DNA of 36,274 nucleotides. It comes from an uncultured bacterium. Its GTDB lineage: Bacteria; Zixibacteria; MSB-5A5; JAABVY01; JAHJOQ01. The DNA is taken from contig CBDUQR010000031.1 of assembly GCA_965369655.1 (NCBI GenBank), forward strand, positions 1 to 36,274, written 5' to 3'. Position 1 is the first letter of the stretch. Each line of letters opens with the position of its first letter. A model generated the notes under the pieces. That model searched no databases. It saw nothing but the letters and a program-made list of their open reading frames with translations, and had not been told where the DNA came from. The translations under genes and the position numbers were made by a program. Below are positions 17,865 through 27,620 of this stretch, in pieces.

Positions 17865-18004
17865 GTAGGTCGGTGTTCCGCAGCAGGCGAAGCCTGCAAG
17901 TCCCTCGGGGATCGGGATCAGCGACCGAAAACCCGACTGCAGGTCAGCAAGATAGAAGTGTCGCGTTTCTCATCCCGCCCTGCGGGATTCGGAACACGAC
18001 CTAC
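17865..18004. repeat. GTAG-type REP doublet (REPIN-like) with nested mini-palindromes
   Basis: Termini GTAGGTCGGTGTTCCG and CGGAACACGACCTAC. Inside are GCAGGC-GAA-GCCTGC (17883-17897), the shared block 17900-17931 and ATCCCGC-CCT-GCGGGAT (17972-17988). Confidence 0.85.
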
Positions 18005-18085
18005 AGACTAAAACATAATACTATTCTATTGCGAAATGGCTATACATGACTTAATATCGATGGTTGAACAAAGGGATGTATACGA

Positions 18086-18463
18086 ATGAAGTATGAAATC
18101 AAGAAAATCAGTGTCTGGAGCAGTGTCAAGACCGGGTTTTTCATCTGGGGAATGTTGGGATTTGTCTTCGGAATCTACATGGCCCTGATGATGCCGGCGT
18201 TCATGAAGATGATAGAATCGGTCGGACCGTTCGGCGGGGAGTTTGGATCGCTCACCCCGATAGCCCTCATATTTCTCCCGATCATGTACTCACTGATCGG
18301 TGCGGTCGTAGGGACGATAACAACCGCAATCGCAGTCGGATTCTACAACCTGATCAGCAGCCTGCTGGGGGGAATAAGCATCGAGATGAGCGGCGAACAG
18401 ATTCATCCGCTCAATATCTCACCGCCTCGCGCAGAGAAGGACGCCTCGGATTTCCAGGTGTAA
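18086..18463 (+). CDS. Small membrane protein (DUF3566-like)
   Basis: EIKKISVWSSVK, two hydrophobic segments and FYNLISSLLGGISIEM. Confidence 0.75.
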   Translation: MKYEIKKISVWSSVKTGFFIWGMLGFVFGIYMALMMPAFMKMIESVGPFGGEFGSLTPIALIFLPIMYSLIGAVVGTITTAIAVGFYNLISSLLGGISIEMSGEQIHPLNISPPRAEKDASDFQV

Positions 18464-18472
18464 GTATCCATT

Positions 18473-19954
18473 ATGGTCTCCAGTGAGGTCAGGGTCAGAA
18501 TAGCTCCATCGCCGACCGGCTATTTCCATGTCGGCACTGCTCGAACAGCCATATACAACTGGCTTCTCGCCCGCAAACTTGGCGGCAAGTTCCTGTTGAG
18601 AATCGAGGATACGGACCGTGAGCGGTCGAAGAAAGAGTACGTTGATATTATCCTCGATGGTCTCAGATGGCTGGGACTCGATTGGGATGAAGAAATCGTC
18701 TATCAATCGGCGAGAATCATGGAGAACATGTACCGCCCGCATATCGACAGACTGCTCGAAGAGGGCAAAGCGTATCGCTGTTTCTATTTACCGGATGAAC
18801 TAAAATCTGAGCGGGAAAAGGCTCGCGAGGAGAAGCGCAATTTCAAGGCACGTAAGTATCGGGACATTGCTCCGGAAGAAGTCGAACAATATATGCAGGA
18901 TGGCAGGAGTTTTACGGTCCGCCTCAAGCTCCCCACCGAAGGCGAGGCTGTGTTCCATGACGAGGTCAGCGGAGATGTGCAGCGAAGCTACGACGACCTG
19001 GACGACCTGATAATAATGAAATCCGACGGCGCCCCGATCTACAACTTTGCAGTAGTGGTTGACGACCACGATATGGCGATAAGTCATGTCATTCGCGGCA
19101 ACGATCATATCACGAATACATTCTATCAGGTCGAGATATACAAAACGCTTGGCTGGGACATCCCGCAATTCGCGCACCTTCCGATGATCCTCAGACCGGA
19201 CAGATCGAAAGTATCGAAACGTAAAGGCGACAAAGGTATGACCGAGTACAGGGCGGACGGATATCTTCCGCAGGCTCTGATGAATTACGCCGTGCTTGTC
19301 GGATGGTCGCCGAAGGATGACCGCGAGAAGATGTCGGTCGATGAACTGATCGAGAGCTTCTCCATTGAAGGTATAAATCCGAATAACGCGATATTCGATA
19401 TCGAGAAGCTGAACTGGCTCAATGGAGAGTATCTCCGTGAGATGGACAGCAACAAGCTGGTATATCTGGTGTCGCCGTATCTCATTGAAGCCGGATTGAC
19501 AACCAAATACTGGATTGAGACCAACTGGCACTATTGTGTCAAAATCATAGACACTTTGAAAGATCGTTGCAAAGTACTTAAAGACTATGTGCATTTAGGG
19601 CGATACTTCTTCAAAGAACCAGTTTCTTATGAGCCGAAGGGTATGAAAAAGTACTTCCAGACCCTTGACACAGCATCTATCCTCAGAGAATTGAATAACG
19701 AATTTGCTGGTATTAGTGATGATAAGTGGGGAGCTGAATCCACTGCTGCAGCAGTAGCTGGTATTGCCAATGAGTATAATGTGAAATCTGCAAAGTTCAT
19801 TCATCCAACACGTCTCGCAGTCTCTGGAGTGACCACAGGTCCAGGGCTGTACGAAATTCTCGGTGTGCTGGGACGGCAGAGGGTTCAGGAACGAATCGAT
19901 ACGGCGATAGGATATATTGAGAAGGGTGAGTTCCCTGAGCAGGAGGATGTCTGA
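18473..19954 (+). CDS. gltX: Glutamate--tRNA ligase
   Basis: RIAPSPTGYFHVGT (HIGH), LRIEDTD, HVIRGNDH and KVSKR (KMSKS) motifs. Lies next to tRNA-Gln. Confidence 0.97.
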   Translation: MVSSEVRVRIAPSPTGYFHVGTARTAIYNWLLARKLGGKFLLRIEDTDRERSKKEYVDIILDGLRWLGLDWDEEIVYQSARIMENMYRPHIDRLLEEGKAYRCFYLPDELKSEREKAREEKRNFKARKYRDIAPEEVEQYMQDGRSFTVRLKLPTEGEAVFHDEVSGDVQRSYDDLDDLIIMKSDGAPIYNFAVVVDDHDMAISHVIRGNDHITNTFYQVEIYKTLGWDIPQFAHLPMILRPDRSKVSKRKGDKGMTEYRADGYLPQALMNYAVLVGWSPKDDREKMSVDELIESFSIEGINPNNAIFDIEKLNWLNGEYLREMDSNKLVYLVSPYLIEAGLTTKYWIETNWHYCVKIIDTLKDRCKVLKDYVHLGRYFFKEPVSYEPKGMKKYFQTLDTASILRELNNEFAGISDDKWGAESTAAAVAGIANEYNVKSAKFIHPTRLAVSGVTTGPGLYEILGVLGRQRVQERIDTAIGYIEKGEFPEQEDV

Positions 19955-19955
19955 T

Positions 19956-20123
19956 ATGTCACTTGAAAAGATCGAAAAGCTCAGGCAGGAGATCGAGCGG
20001 CTCGAAGCTCAGTACGAGCAGGCCAATTTCGGAAGCATGTTCGACAGATCGAAACAGAATCAACTCTACAAGAAAATCAAAAAGAAAAAGAAAGAGTTGA
20101 AGACTCTCGATGAATCGGTGTAG
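19956..20123 (+). CDS. Small basic coiled-coil hypothetical protein (55 aa)
   Basis: ATG 1 nt after the gltX stop, GGAGG RBS at 19942-19946, host-like codon usage and a heptad pattern. Confidence 0.7.
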   Translation: MSLEKIEKLRQEIERLEAQYEQANFGSMFDRSKQNQLYKKIKKKKKELKTLDESV

Positions 20124-20228
20124 TCGAACACGACGCCCGGCGTGAGACGTCGGCCAGCTTTGAGTTTCTTTCGTTTGTTGTGTATTCTACTTGTGCAGAA
20201 TCACATGCAAGTGTCGTTCAAATCGGGC

Positions 20229-20256
20229 TTGACAAGGCAGGGGTTAGCCATATATT
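20229..20256 (+). promoter_or_regulatory. sigma70 promoter of tRNA-Gln
   Basis: TTGACA-N16-TATATT followed by a GC-rich discriminator, 10 nt upstream of the tRNA. Confidence 0.75.
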
Positions 20257-20266
20257 TGCCGCGTAC

Positions 20267-20340
20267 TGGGAGATCGTCCAATGGTAGGACATGCGGCTCT
20301 GGACCGTAGGATCGGGGTTCGAATCCCTGTCTCCCAGCCA
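20267..20340 (+). tRNA. tRNA-Gln(CTG)
   Basis: Acceptor stem TGGGAGA/TCTCCCA, anticodon arm TGCGG-CT-CTG-GA-CCGTA, GGTTCGAATCC T-arm and encoded CCA. Confidence 0.97.
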
Positions 20341-20629
20341 TTTTTCGGTTTTGTTCCCTTCGACGATCAAATCGAAGGGCTTTCTGTATGTGGGGTAAAG
20401 AGTTCCGTCCTTGAGTACGCAGTTCGAAAGTATCATATCGAGCAGTTTGCGCTTTTCTTGCAAATTCTGCCTAACATAAAGAGAATGGGCTGCTTAGGTT
20501 AGAAGTCAATGCCAAACTGTATACCTATCGAGAATGCATGTATTCCCATAGAAGAGGGGAAACCGTGCGCGACTTTCGCTCTGGCCATTCTAATCTCTCC
20601 AACAACCCCGATTGCGCTACCTAAGAACG

Positions 20630-20662
20630 GTAGCCCACCCAGAGCGAAAGCGGCGGGTGTGT
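20630..20662 (+). repeat. RAYT-cognate REP copy 1
   Basis: GTAG-CCCACCC-AGAGCGAAAGCGGC-GGGTGTGT, a GTAG tetranucleotide plus hairpin. Confidence 0.88.
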
Positions 20663-20706
20663 TTTCGTTTTGAGAGAGGTCTTGCCTGTTGTATAATATG
20701 ATCTAA

Positions 20707-21237
20707 ATGAAACTGAAACACTATGACCATGATGGGTGCGCACGGTTTGTAACATTCGGAGTCCATCGCCGTATCCCCGTGCTAACTAATTCTGTATTTC
20801 GACGCTTAGTGATCCAGTGCATTGACAATATCCGAAACGAATACGAACTGCGATTGGTCAGCTACGTGATAATGCAGGAACATGTTCATCTCGTTCTAAT
20901 CCCACCGGATGAAGTGAAGCTTGGCTATGTTATAGGTGAAATAAAACGAATCTCGGCAAGGCAGATTCATAGACATCTTAATAACACCGGGAGCGTGTTG
21001 ACGAGCAGATTCATGGTCAACCGAAATGGCCGAGAGAAATTCGCTTTCTGGCAGCGAAGATGTTTCGATCACAACTGCAGATCAGAGGAAGCGATGTGGA
21101 GTAGAGTAGAGTACTGCCATAAGAATCCTGTTCTTCGAGGCTTGGTTGCGAGACCTGAAGATTGGATATGGTCGAGCTATCGTTGGTATACGGGTGATCG
21201 GAAAGTTGTCCTTCGGATGGATGTTGATATTGAATAA
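20707..21237 (+). CDS. REP-associated tyrosine transposase (RAYT/TnpA-REP, HUH Y1 family)
   Basis: FVTF, HUH motif YVIMQEHVHL, FWQRRCFDH, catalytic YCHKNPV and GLV-xxPEDW-xWSS. Flanked by inverted GTAG REPs. Confidence 0.92.
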   Translation: MKLKHYDHDGCARFVTFGVHRRIPVLTNSVFRRLVIQCIDNIRNEYELRLVSYVIMQEHVHLVLIPPDEVKLGYVIGEIKRISARQIHRHLNNTGSVLTSRFMVNRNGREKFAFWQRRCFDHNCRSEEAMWSRVEYCHKNPVLRGLVARPEDWIWSSYRWYTGDRKVVLRMDVDIE

Positions 21238-21240
21238 TGA

Positions 21241-21273
21241 ACCCACCCGACGCTATCGCTTTGGGTGGGCTAT
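21241..21273 (-). repeat. RAYT-cognate REP copy 2 (inverted)
   Basis: Reverse complement reads ATAG-CCCACCC-AAAGCGATAGCGTC-GGGTGGGT. Confidence 0.88.
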
Positions 21274-21307
21274 CGTGACAATCAATCTATATTAATAGAG
21301 GCAGACA

Positions 21308-23011
21308 ATGCATGACATTGGATATCTTCGGGACCTGGTAATTATTCTGGGTTTCGCCGTTGTGATAGTCGGTCTGTTTCACAAATTCAAGCTGCCTTCT
21401 ATAGCCGGGTTTATCCTCGCAGGTGTTCTTGTGGGACCGCACACTCTTGGGCTAATCAGTGATGTCCATCAGGTTGAAACTCTCGCCGAGATTGGAATGG
21501 CGCTTCTGTTGTTCAGCATCGGCCTGGAGCTTCCGTTGGCGAAACTTCGCCGCCTCTGGAAACTGATCCTGGCCGGTGGATTTTTGCAGGTCAGTCTTAG
21601 TATTCTGATCGCATTTGCAGTGGCCAGGACCTGGGGTTTGTCGGATGGTACTGCTTTGTTCATAGGCTTTCTTGTTGCTTTGTCGAGCACAGCCATTGTG
21701 CTAAGGGGGTTGCAGCAGGGGAATGTTGTGGACACTCCACACGGGCGTCTGATAGTCGGAATACTGGTATTTCAGGATTTTAGCGTCGTACCGATGATAC
21801 TGGCGATACCATTGTTGAGCGATTCCAGTTCCCTCGCTCCTGATCTCGTCGGCGCCATGCTTCGGTCTCTGGCAATTGTTGCCGGGGTGTTTCTCGCTGC
21901 GCACCTGATCGTGCCGCGGGTGCTGCGGTTTATTGCAGGGACACGACAACGACACCTGTTCATCTTGACTGTATTTCTTATCTGTATTGGTACTGCCTGG
22001 GCCATAACAAGATCAGGAGCGTCTCTCGCAATCGGTGCCTTTCTTGCAGGTTTGGTTGTAGCGGGAAGCGAGTACCGCCATCAGGCGCTTGCGGACCTCA
22101 TATCGTTCCGTGATGTATTTGCGAGTCTGTTTTTTGTGTCCGTCGGGATGTTACTCATACCGGCTATCATACTCGAAAATCTATTTTCCATACTCATTCT
22201 ACTCACAGTGATCATGGTGGGCAAATCGTTGATCGTTTTTGTTACGGCGTTAGTTATTAAAATGCCGCTGAGAGTCTGCCTGCTTTCAGCCGTAGCGCTG
22301 GCACAAATCGGCGAATTCTCTTTCGTTCTTTTCTATGCTGCGCAGGGAACCGACCTGCTATCACAATCGCTCGAAAGTAACCTGCTCGGTGCAGCAGTGC
22401 TTTCCATGTTCCTGACTCCATTTGCCATGGCGTTCGGTCCACGCCTTGCCGCAGGAGTGGGCAAGCTGCGTGTTCTTTCCCGCGCACTTGAAGTTTCCAC
22501 TGCTGAGGATGCCGGAAGCCACATGCGCGAAATTCATGATCATGTTATTATCGGTGGCTACGGATTTGCCGGTCTAGAGCTTGCACGGTCACTTAAAACG
22601 TACAGCATCCCGCATGTCATTGTAGACATAAACATAGAGAATGTGCGGGCGGCATGCGCTAAGGGAGTACACGCATATTTCGGTGATATCACCAGTTACG
22701 AGGTTCTTGAATTGCTGGGAGCTGCGCGAGCAAAAGAGTTAATACTTGTTATTAATGATCCCTTTGCGGCGGAGCGGGCGGTTCGGGTAGCTCGAAGTTT
22801 TGCCCCGAGTCTTCACATCATGGTTCGGACCAGTTATCTGCTTGACATCGAACCGCTGCTGAGCGCTGGCGCTGACGAGGTGATTCCGGCTGAACGCGAA
22901 TCAGCTATAGAAGTCACATCGCGTGTACTGAGGAGGCACAAGGTGGAATCAGAACACATTTTAGGGCAATTATCCATAATTCGTAACCGCAATGAAGACG
23001 ATCAGGAGTAG
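21308..23011 (+). CDS. Kef-type CPA2 cation/proton antiporter with TrkA-N (KTN) domain
   Basis: Multiple TM helices, LLFSIGLE, ALSSTAIV, LVFQD, AQIGEFSFV and a C-terminal GGYGFAG...FGD domain. Confidence 0.93.
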   Translation: MHDIGYLRDLVIILGFAVVIVGLFHKFKLPSIAGFILAGVLVGPHTLGLISDVHQVETLAEIGMALLLFSIGLELPLAKLRRLWKLILAGGFLQVSLSILIAFAVARTWGLSDGTALFIGFLVALSSTAIVLRGLQQGNVVDTPHGRLIVGILVFQDFSVVPMILAIPLLSDSSSLAPDLVGAMLRSLAIVAGVFLAAHLIVPRVLRFIAGTRQRHLFILTVFLICIGTAWAITRSGASLAIGAFLAGLVVAGSEYRHQALADLISFRDVFASLFFVSVGMLLIPAIILENLFSILILLTVIMVGKSLIVFVTALVIKMPLRVCLLSAVALAQIGEFSFVLFYAAQGTDLLSQSLESNLLGAAVLSMFLTPFAMAFGPRLAAGVGKLRVLSRALEVSTAEDAGSHMREIHDHVIIGGYGFAGLELARSLKTYSIPHVIVDINIENVRAACAKGVHAYFGDITSYEVLELLGAARAKELILVINDPFAAERAVRVARSFAPSLHIMVRTSYLLDIEPLLSAGADEVIPAERESAIEVTSRVLRRHKVESEHILGQLSIIRNRNEDDQE

Positions 23012-23035
23012 AAGTAATCAGCGTTCATTTAGTCC

Positions 23036-23067
23036 GTAGCCCACCCAAAGCACAGCGGCGGGTGGGT
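23036..23067 (+). repeat. RAYT-cognate REP copy 3
   Basis: GTAG-CCCACCC-AAAGCACAGCGGC-GGGTGGGT. Confidence 0.88.
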
Positions 23068-23071
23068 CTTC

Positions 23072-24376
23072 CTACAGCCTCGTTATCTTCTTCTTCCCAT
23101 TCCTGATTCGGCTGCAGGCGTTGCGGGTGTCAAAGATGAGTCTCGCGTTATCGACAATCCACTGGTAGTTGAAATTAGTGTGGTCGGTCAGGATCACGAC
23201 AATGTCCGCCGTCTGCAACATACTCGCAGTCAGTTTGACCGATCTCTTCTTGCCGGTATCGAACTCGACTACAGGTACGTACGGGTCATTGTAGGAAACT
23301 TTCGCGCCGGCGTTTTCGAGCAGCCTGATCACGTCGAGCGCCGGTGATTCGCGCAGATCGGAAATATCGCGCTTGTACGCAACGCCAAGCACGATAACCT
23401 TTGCGCCTTTGAGGGCGGTCCCGGTTTTGTTGAGTGCACGGCTCACCCGCTCGACGACATACTCCGGCATGTGCGAGTTTATGTCGCCAGCCAGTTCGAT
23501 GAAACGAGAATAATAATTGAGCGACTTGAGTTTCCACGCGAGGTAGTGCGGATCGATCGGGATGCAATGACCGCCGAGGCCGGGTCCCGGATAGAATGGC
23601 ATGAATCCAAACGGCTTGGTCGAGGCGGCGTCGATAATCTCCCAGACGTCGATCTTGAGCCGATCACACATCAGCGCAACCTCGTTGACCATAGCGATAT
23701 TCACCGACCGGAATGTATTTTCGAGAAGCTTTACCATCTCCGCCGCCTGTGTCGATGACACGACATAAGCATGATTGATCACCTGCTCGTAGAGCAACTT
23801 TGCAATCCTGCGGCATTTCGGAGTCGTTCCGCCGACGATTCTCGGCGTGTTCTTTGTCGTGTACCGTTCATTGCCCGGATCGATTCGCTCGGGCGAAAAC
23901 GCGAGAAAGAAATCCGTACCAATCTTCAGCCCGGTCTCTTCGAGCAACGGTCGAATCAGTTCTTCAGTCGTTCCGGGATAAGTCGTGGATTCGAGGACAA
24001 CCAGCATGCCCTTGTGCAGGTACTTCTTGACCTGCTTGACGGCATTCAGGATATACGTGACATCCGGATCCTTGGTTTTCGACAGGGGAGTCGGCACGCA
24101 GATGGCAACACAGTCCACCTGCTTCAACTTCGTGAAATCATCGGTGGCGATGAGATTCCTGGTCTTCACCTGCGCATTTACCCTCTCGCTCGAAACATCC
24201 GCGATATCCGACTTGCCGGAATTGACCAGCTTGCACTTTGGCTTCGAGACGTCAAAACCGACAACCTTGAATCCCTCCTCGGTGAACTCGACTGCGAGAG
24301 GCAGGCCGACATAGCCAAGTCCTATCACGCCGACAACCGCCGAGTGGTCCCTTATTTTGCTCTCAAGATTCTTCAA
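23072..24376 (-). CDS. Nucleotide-sugar dehydrogenase (WbpA/TviB/WecC family, likely UDP-GlcNAc 6-dehydrogenase)
   Basis: GLGYVGLP, ICVPTP, ESTTYPGTT, SPERIDPGN, KLLENTFR, GPGLGGHCIPIDP and DLRESP motifs. Confidence 0.93.
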   Translation of the reverse strand: MKNLESKIRDHSAVVGVIGLGYVGLPLAVEFTEEGFKVVGFDVSKPKCKLVNSGKSDIADVSSERVNAQVKTRNLIATDDFTKLKQVDCVAICVPTPLSKTKDPDVTYILNAVKQVKKYLHKGMLVVLESTTYPGTTEELIRPLLEETGLKIGTDFFLAFSPERIDPGNERYTTKNTPRIVGGTTPKCRRIAKLLYEQVINHAYVVSSTQAAEMVKLLENTFRSVNIAMVNEVALMCDRLKIDVWEIIDAASTKPFGFMPFYPGPGLGGHCIPIDPHYLAWKLKSLNYYSRFIELAGDINSHMPEYVVERVSRALNKTGTALKGAKVIVLGVAYKRDISDLRESPALDVIRLLENAGAKVSYNDPYVPVVEFDTGKKRSVKLTASMLQTADIVVILTDHTNFNYQWIVDNARLIFDTRNACSRIRNGKKKITRL

Positions 24377-24378
24377 CT

Positions 24379-25338
24379 CTATCTCCTCCGGACGACTGTT
24401 CTCCAGTATTCGAACGTATTTTCGAGAGTATCTTCAAACTTGTACTTTGGTTTGTATCCTGCATGGCGTCTTGCTTTCGAGTAACTTCCGACAAGCCTCG
24501 GCACTTCCGATGGGCGCATGAGTTTCCTGTTGGACGTTACCTTTATCGACACATTCGACAGGGACAACAGTTTCTCCAGAATATGCCTGATCCTGTGCGT
24601 TTTTCCTGAGCATAAGTTGTATGCTTCACCGGGCCTACCCTTCTCCGCAAGCAGCCTGTATCCTCTGACAATATCCCGAACATCCGATATGTCCCTTTCG
24701 GCTTCAAGGTTCCCGACCCGAATTTCGGGTTTCATACCTCCGTATTCAACAGCCGCAATCTGGGCGCAGAAATCCGGAACCACAAATCCGCGGTCCTGCT
24801 TTGGTCCGGTGTGATTGAATGCACGCACGCGGACTATTGGTAATCCGTATGATTTGTAGTACTGATACGCGAACATATCTGCGGCAGCTTTGGAGATAGC
24901 GTATGGGGACACCGGCTCAATCAGAGCAGTCTCCTTGATCGGCAAGTCGGATGGTTTGACCACGCCGTAGATGTCCGAGGACGTTATGGTCACAATGCTC
25001 TCGACTGATTCCAACTTGCGCAATGCCTCCAGCAGATTGACAGTACCCGCGACATTGACATCGACAGTCTCACGAGGATTATCGAACGAGTAGCCGACGG
25101 CTGAGATCGCGGCAAGATGAAACACCATATCCGGCCTGATCCTGCGGATCAATCTTCCTGTCGCAGAAGAATCTCTCAGATCGAGTTTCGATATCGAGAT
25201 ATGCTTGAGCATGCCCCTGAGTCGTTTCCTGCTCTCGCCGGGAAGCTGTGTGCCGCAAACCTCGTAGCCCGCGTCAAGCAACTCTTCCGTGAGATATGAA
25301 CCCGCGAATCCGACAATGCCCGTAATCAGCGCTTGCAT
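24379..25338 (-). CDS. GDP-4-dehydro-6-deoxy-mannose reductase (Rmd-like SDR)
   Basis: GIVGFAGSYL, TSSDIYG, SPYAISK, RAFNHTGPKQ and VGNL-xxxRD motifs. Directly downstream of gmd. Confidence 0.8.
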   Translation of the reverse strand: MQALITGIVGFAGSYLTEELLDAGYEVCGTQLPGESRKRLRGMLKHISISKLDLRDSSATGRLIRRIRPDMVFHLAAISAVGYSFDNPRETVDVNVAGTVNLLEALRKLESVESIVTITSSDIYGVVKPSDLPIKETALIEPVSPYAISKAAADMFAYQYYKSYGLPIVRVRAFNHTGPKQDRGFVVPDFCAQIAAVEYGGMKPEIRVGNLEAERDISDVRDIVRGYRLLAEKGRPGEAYNLCSGKTHRIRHILEKLLSLSNVSIKVTSNRKLMRPSEVPRLVGSYSKARRHAGYKPKYKFEDTLENTFEYWRTVVRRR

Positions 25339-25343
25339 GGAGT

Positions 25344-26370
<1,027 letters not shown>

Positions 26371-26524
26371 ACTATTTCGATGGTCAAATGATCCCATTTG
26401 CATCGCAAACTTCTTCATTGTTATACAATCGGTAATCCCGCCTGATGTTTTTGTGGCTCGCAAGCCGGATATTAACTAATATTTGAGATATGCGCCGAAC
26501 AGCAGGAAGATCACGATAGATGCC

Positions 26525-27583
26525 ATGCGACCCGGTAAATCGCCATCCATACTACTCGCCATAACATTCTCACTCGCTATATGCTGCGCAGTCTCGACCG
26601 GACTCATAGCCGACGATATTGAGCGTGGACCGGATATTGAAATACTCCGGAGAATGGTGGAAGCCGGGCTTAGGGAGAATTACTACCTGGCTGATTCGCT
26701 TGCGGTCGAAATGCAGCAGAGGTATCCCGACCATCCCATCGGATATGTAATGCACGCGGTGATGCTTCAGGGCGAAATGCTTGACTACGAGCATAACGAC
26801 AACGAGGATGAATTCTACAGATTGCTCGATTCGAGCGAGAACAAGTGCAAGGCTATGACTGAAAAGAATCCGCGCGATCCCTGGCCGCATTACTGCCTCG
26901 GTCTCGGGCATGGTTCGAGAGCGGTCTATGACGCGCGGAAGGGTTCCTGGTGGTCTGCGTTGCGACACGGTATGAAATCCAGGAACGCTTTCACCCGATG
27001 CATCGAGCGCGATTCTACGTTCTATGACGCCTATGTCGGACTCGGGTCGTTTCATTACTGGCGAACTGTGAAAACCAGGCTTATCAATTGGCTTCCTCTC
27101 GTTCAGGATGATCGCGAGGAGGGCATCAGGGAACTGGAGATTGCCGCTGAAAGGGGCAGGTTCTCGGCCGATTTCGCACGCAACGCGCTCGTGTGGGTCC
27201 TGATCGATATGAAAGAGTTCAATGCCGCCGAATCGCTCGCGGTCGAGATGCACGAAAAGTACTCAGGAGGACGGAAATTCCTCTGGGGAATTGCCGCCGC
27301 AAGACTGGCGAGAGAAGATTACGATCGAGCGGAATCAGCCTATCTGCAACTGCTTGAGTCCGCTCGGATTCTGCACGATGACAACGGCTATAATGAAATA
27401 GAATGCCTGCTCAACCTCGCGTCGATCTACCATGAGACGATGCGGTATGAACGCTGTATCAAGATATGTGAGAGGGCAGAATCGATCCCTCTCACCGACG
27501 ATATGAAGAAACGACTCAAAGAAAAGCTGAAGGAAATTGGCAAGCTGAAGAAAAAGGCGAACAAAGCTCTCGCCAGACATTGA
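26525..27583 (+). CDS. Secreted TPR-like helical-repeat protein
   Basis: Hydrophobic signal-like N-terminus and TPR-like YDAYVGLG...Y and REEGIREL segments. The start is uncertain. Confidence 0.75.
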   Translation: MRPGKSPSILLAITFSLAICCAVSTGLIADDIERGPDIEILRRMVEAGLRENYYLADSLAVEMQQRYPDHPIGYVMHAVMLQGEMLDYEHNDNEDEFYRLLDSSENKCKAMTEKNPRDPWPHYCLGLGHGSRAVYDARKGSWWSALRHGMKSRNAFTRCIERDSTFYDAYVGLGSFHYWRTVKTRLINWLPLVQDDREEGIRELEIAAERGRFSADFARNALVWVLIDMKEFNAAESLAVEMHEKYSGGRKFLWGIAAARLAREDYDRAESAYLQLLESARILHDDNGYNEIECLLNLASIYHETMRYERCIKICERAESIPLTDDMKKRLKEKLKEIGKLKKKANKALARH

Positions 27584-27620
27584 AAGTAGACTGCTCCTGG
27601 ACTACTGTCAGGATTGAACT

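Larger units (their letters stand above)
20218..20493 (-). pseudogene. C-terminal remnant of a large serine recombinase reading antisense through tRNA-Gln
   Basis: AAHSLYVRQNLQEKRKLLDMILSNCVLKDGTLYPTYRKPFDLI matches the recalled tail of tRNA-integrating serine recombinases. The following W codon is the antisense of the tRNA CCA, and in-frame stops lie upstream of 20493. Confidence 0.65.

Noticed and set aside
20707-21237. IS200/IS605 element with TnpB or omega-RNA
   Set aside because: No tnpB or iscB is adjacent. The motifs and flanking GTAG REPs fit RAYT.
21241-23067. Integron cassette interpretation of the Kef gene
   Set aside because: There is no IntI tyrosine recombinase, and the flanking hairpins are GTAG-REPs rather than RYYYAAC/GTTRRRY attC sites.
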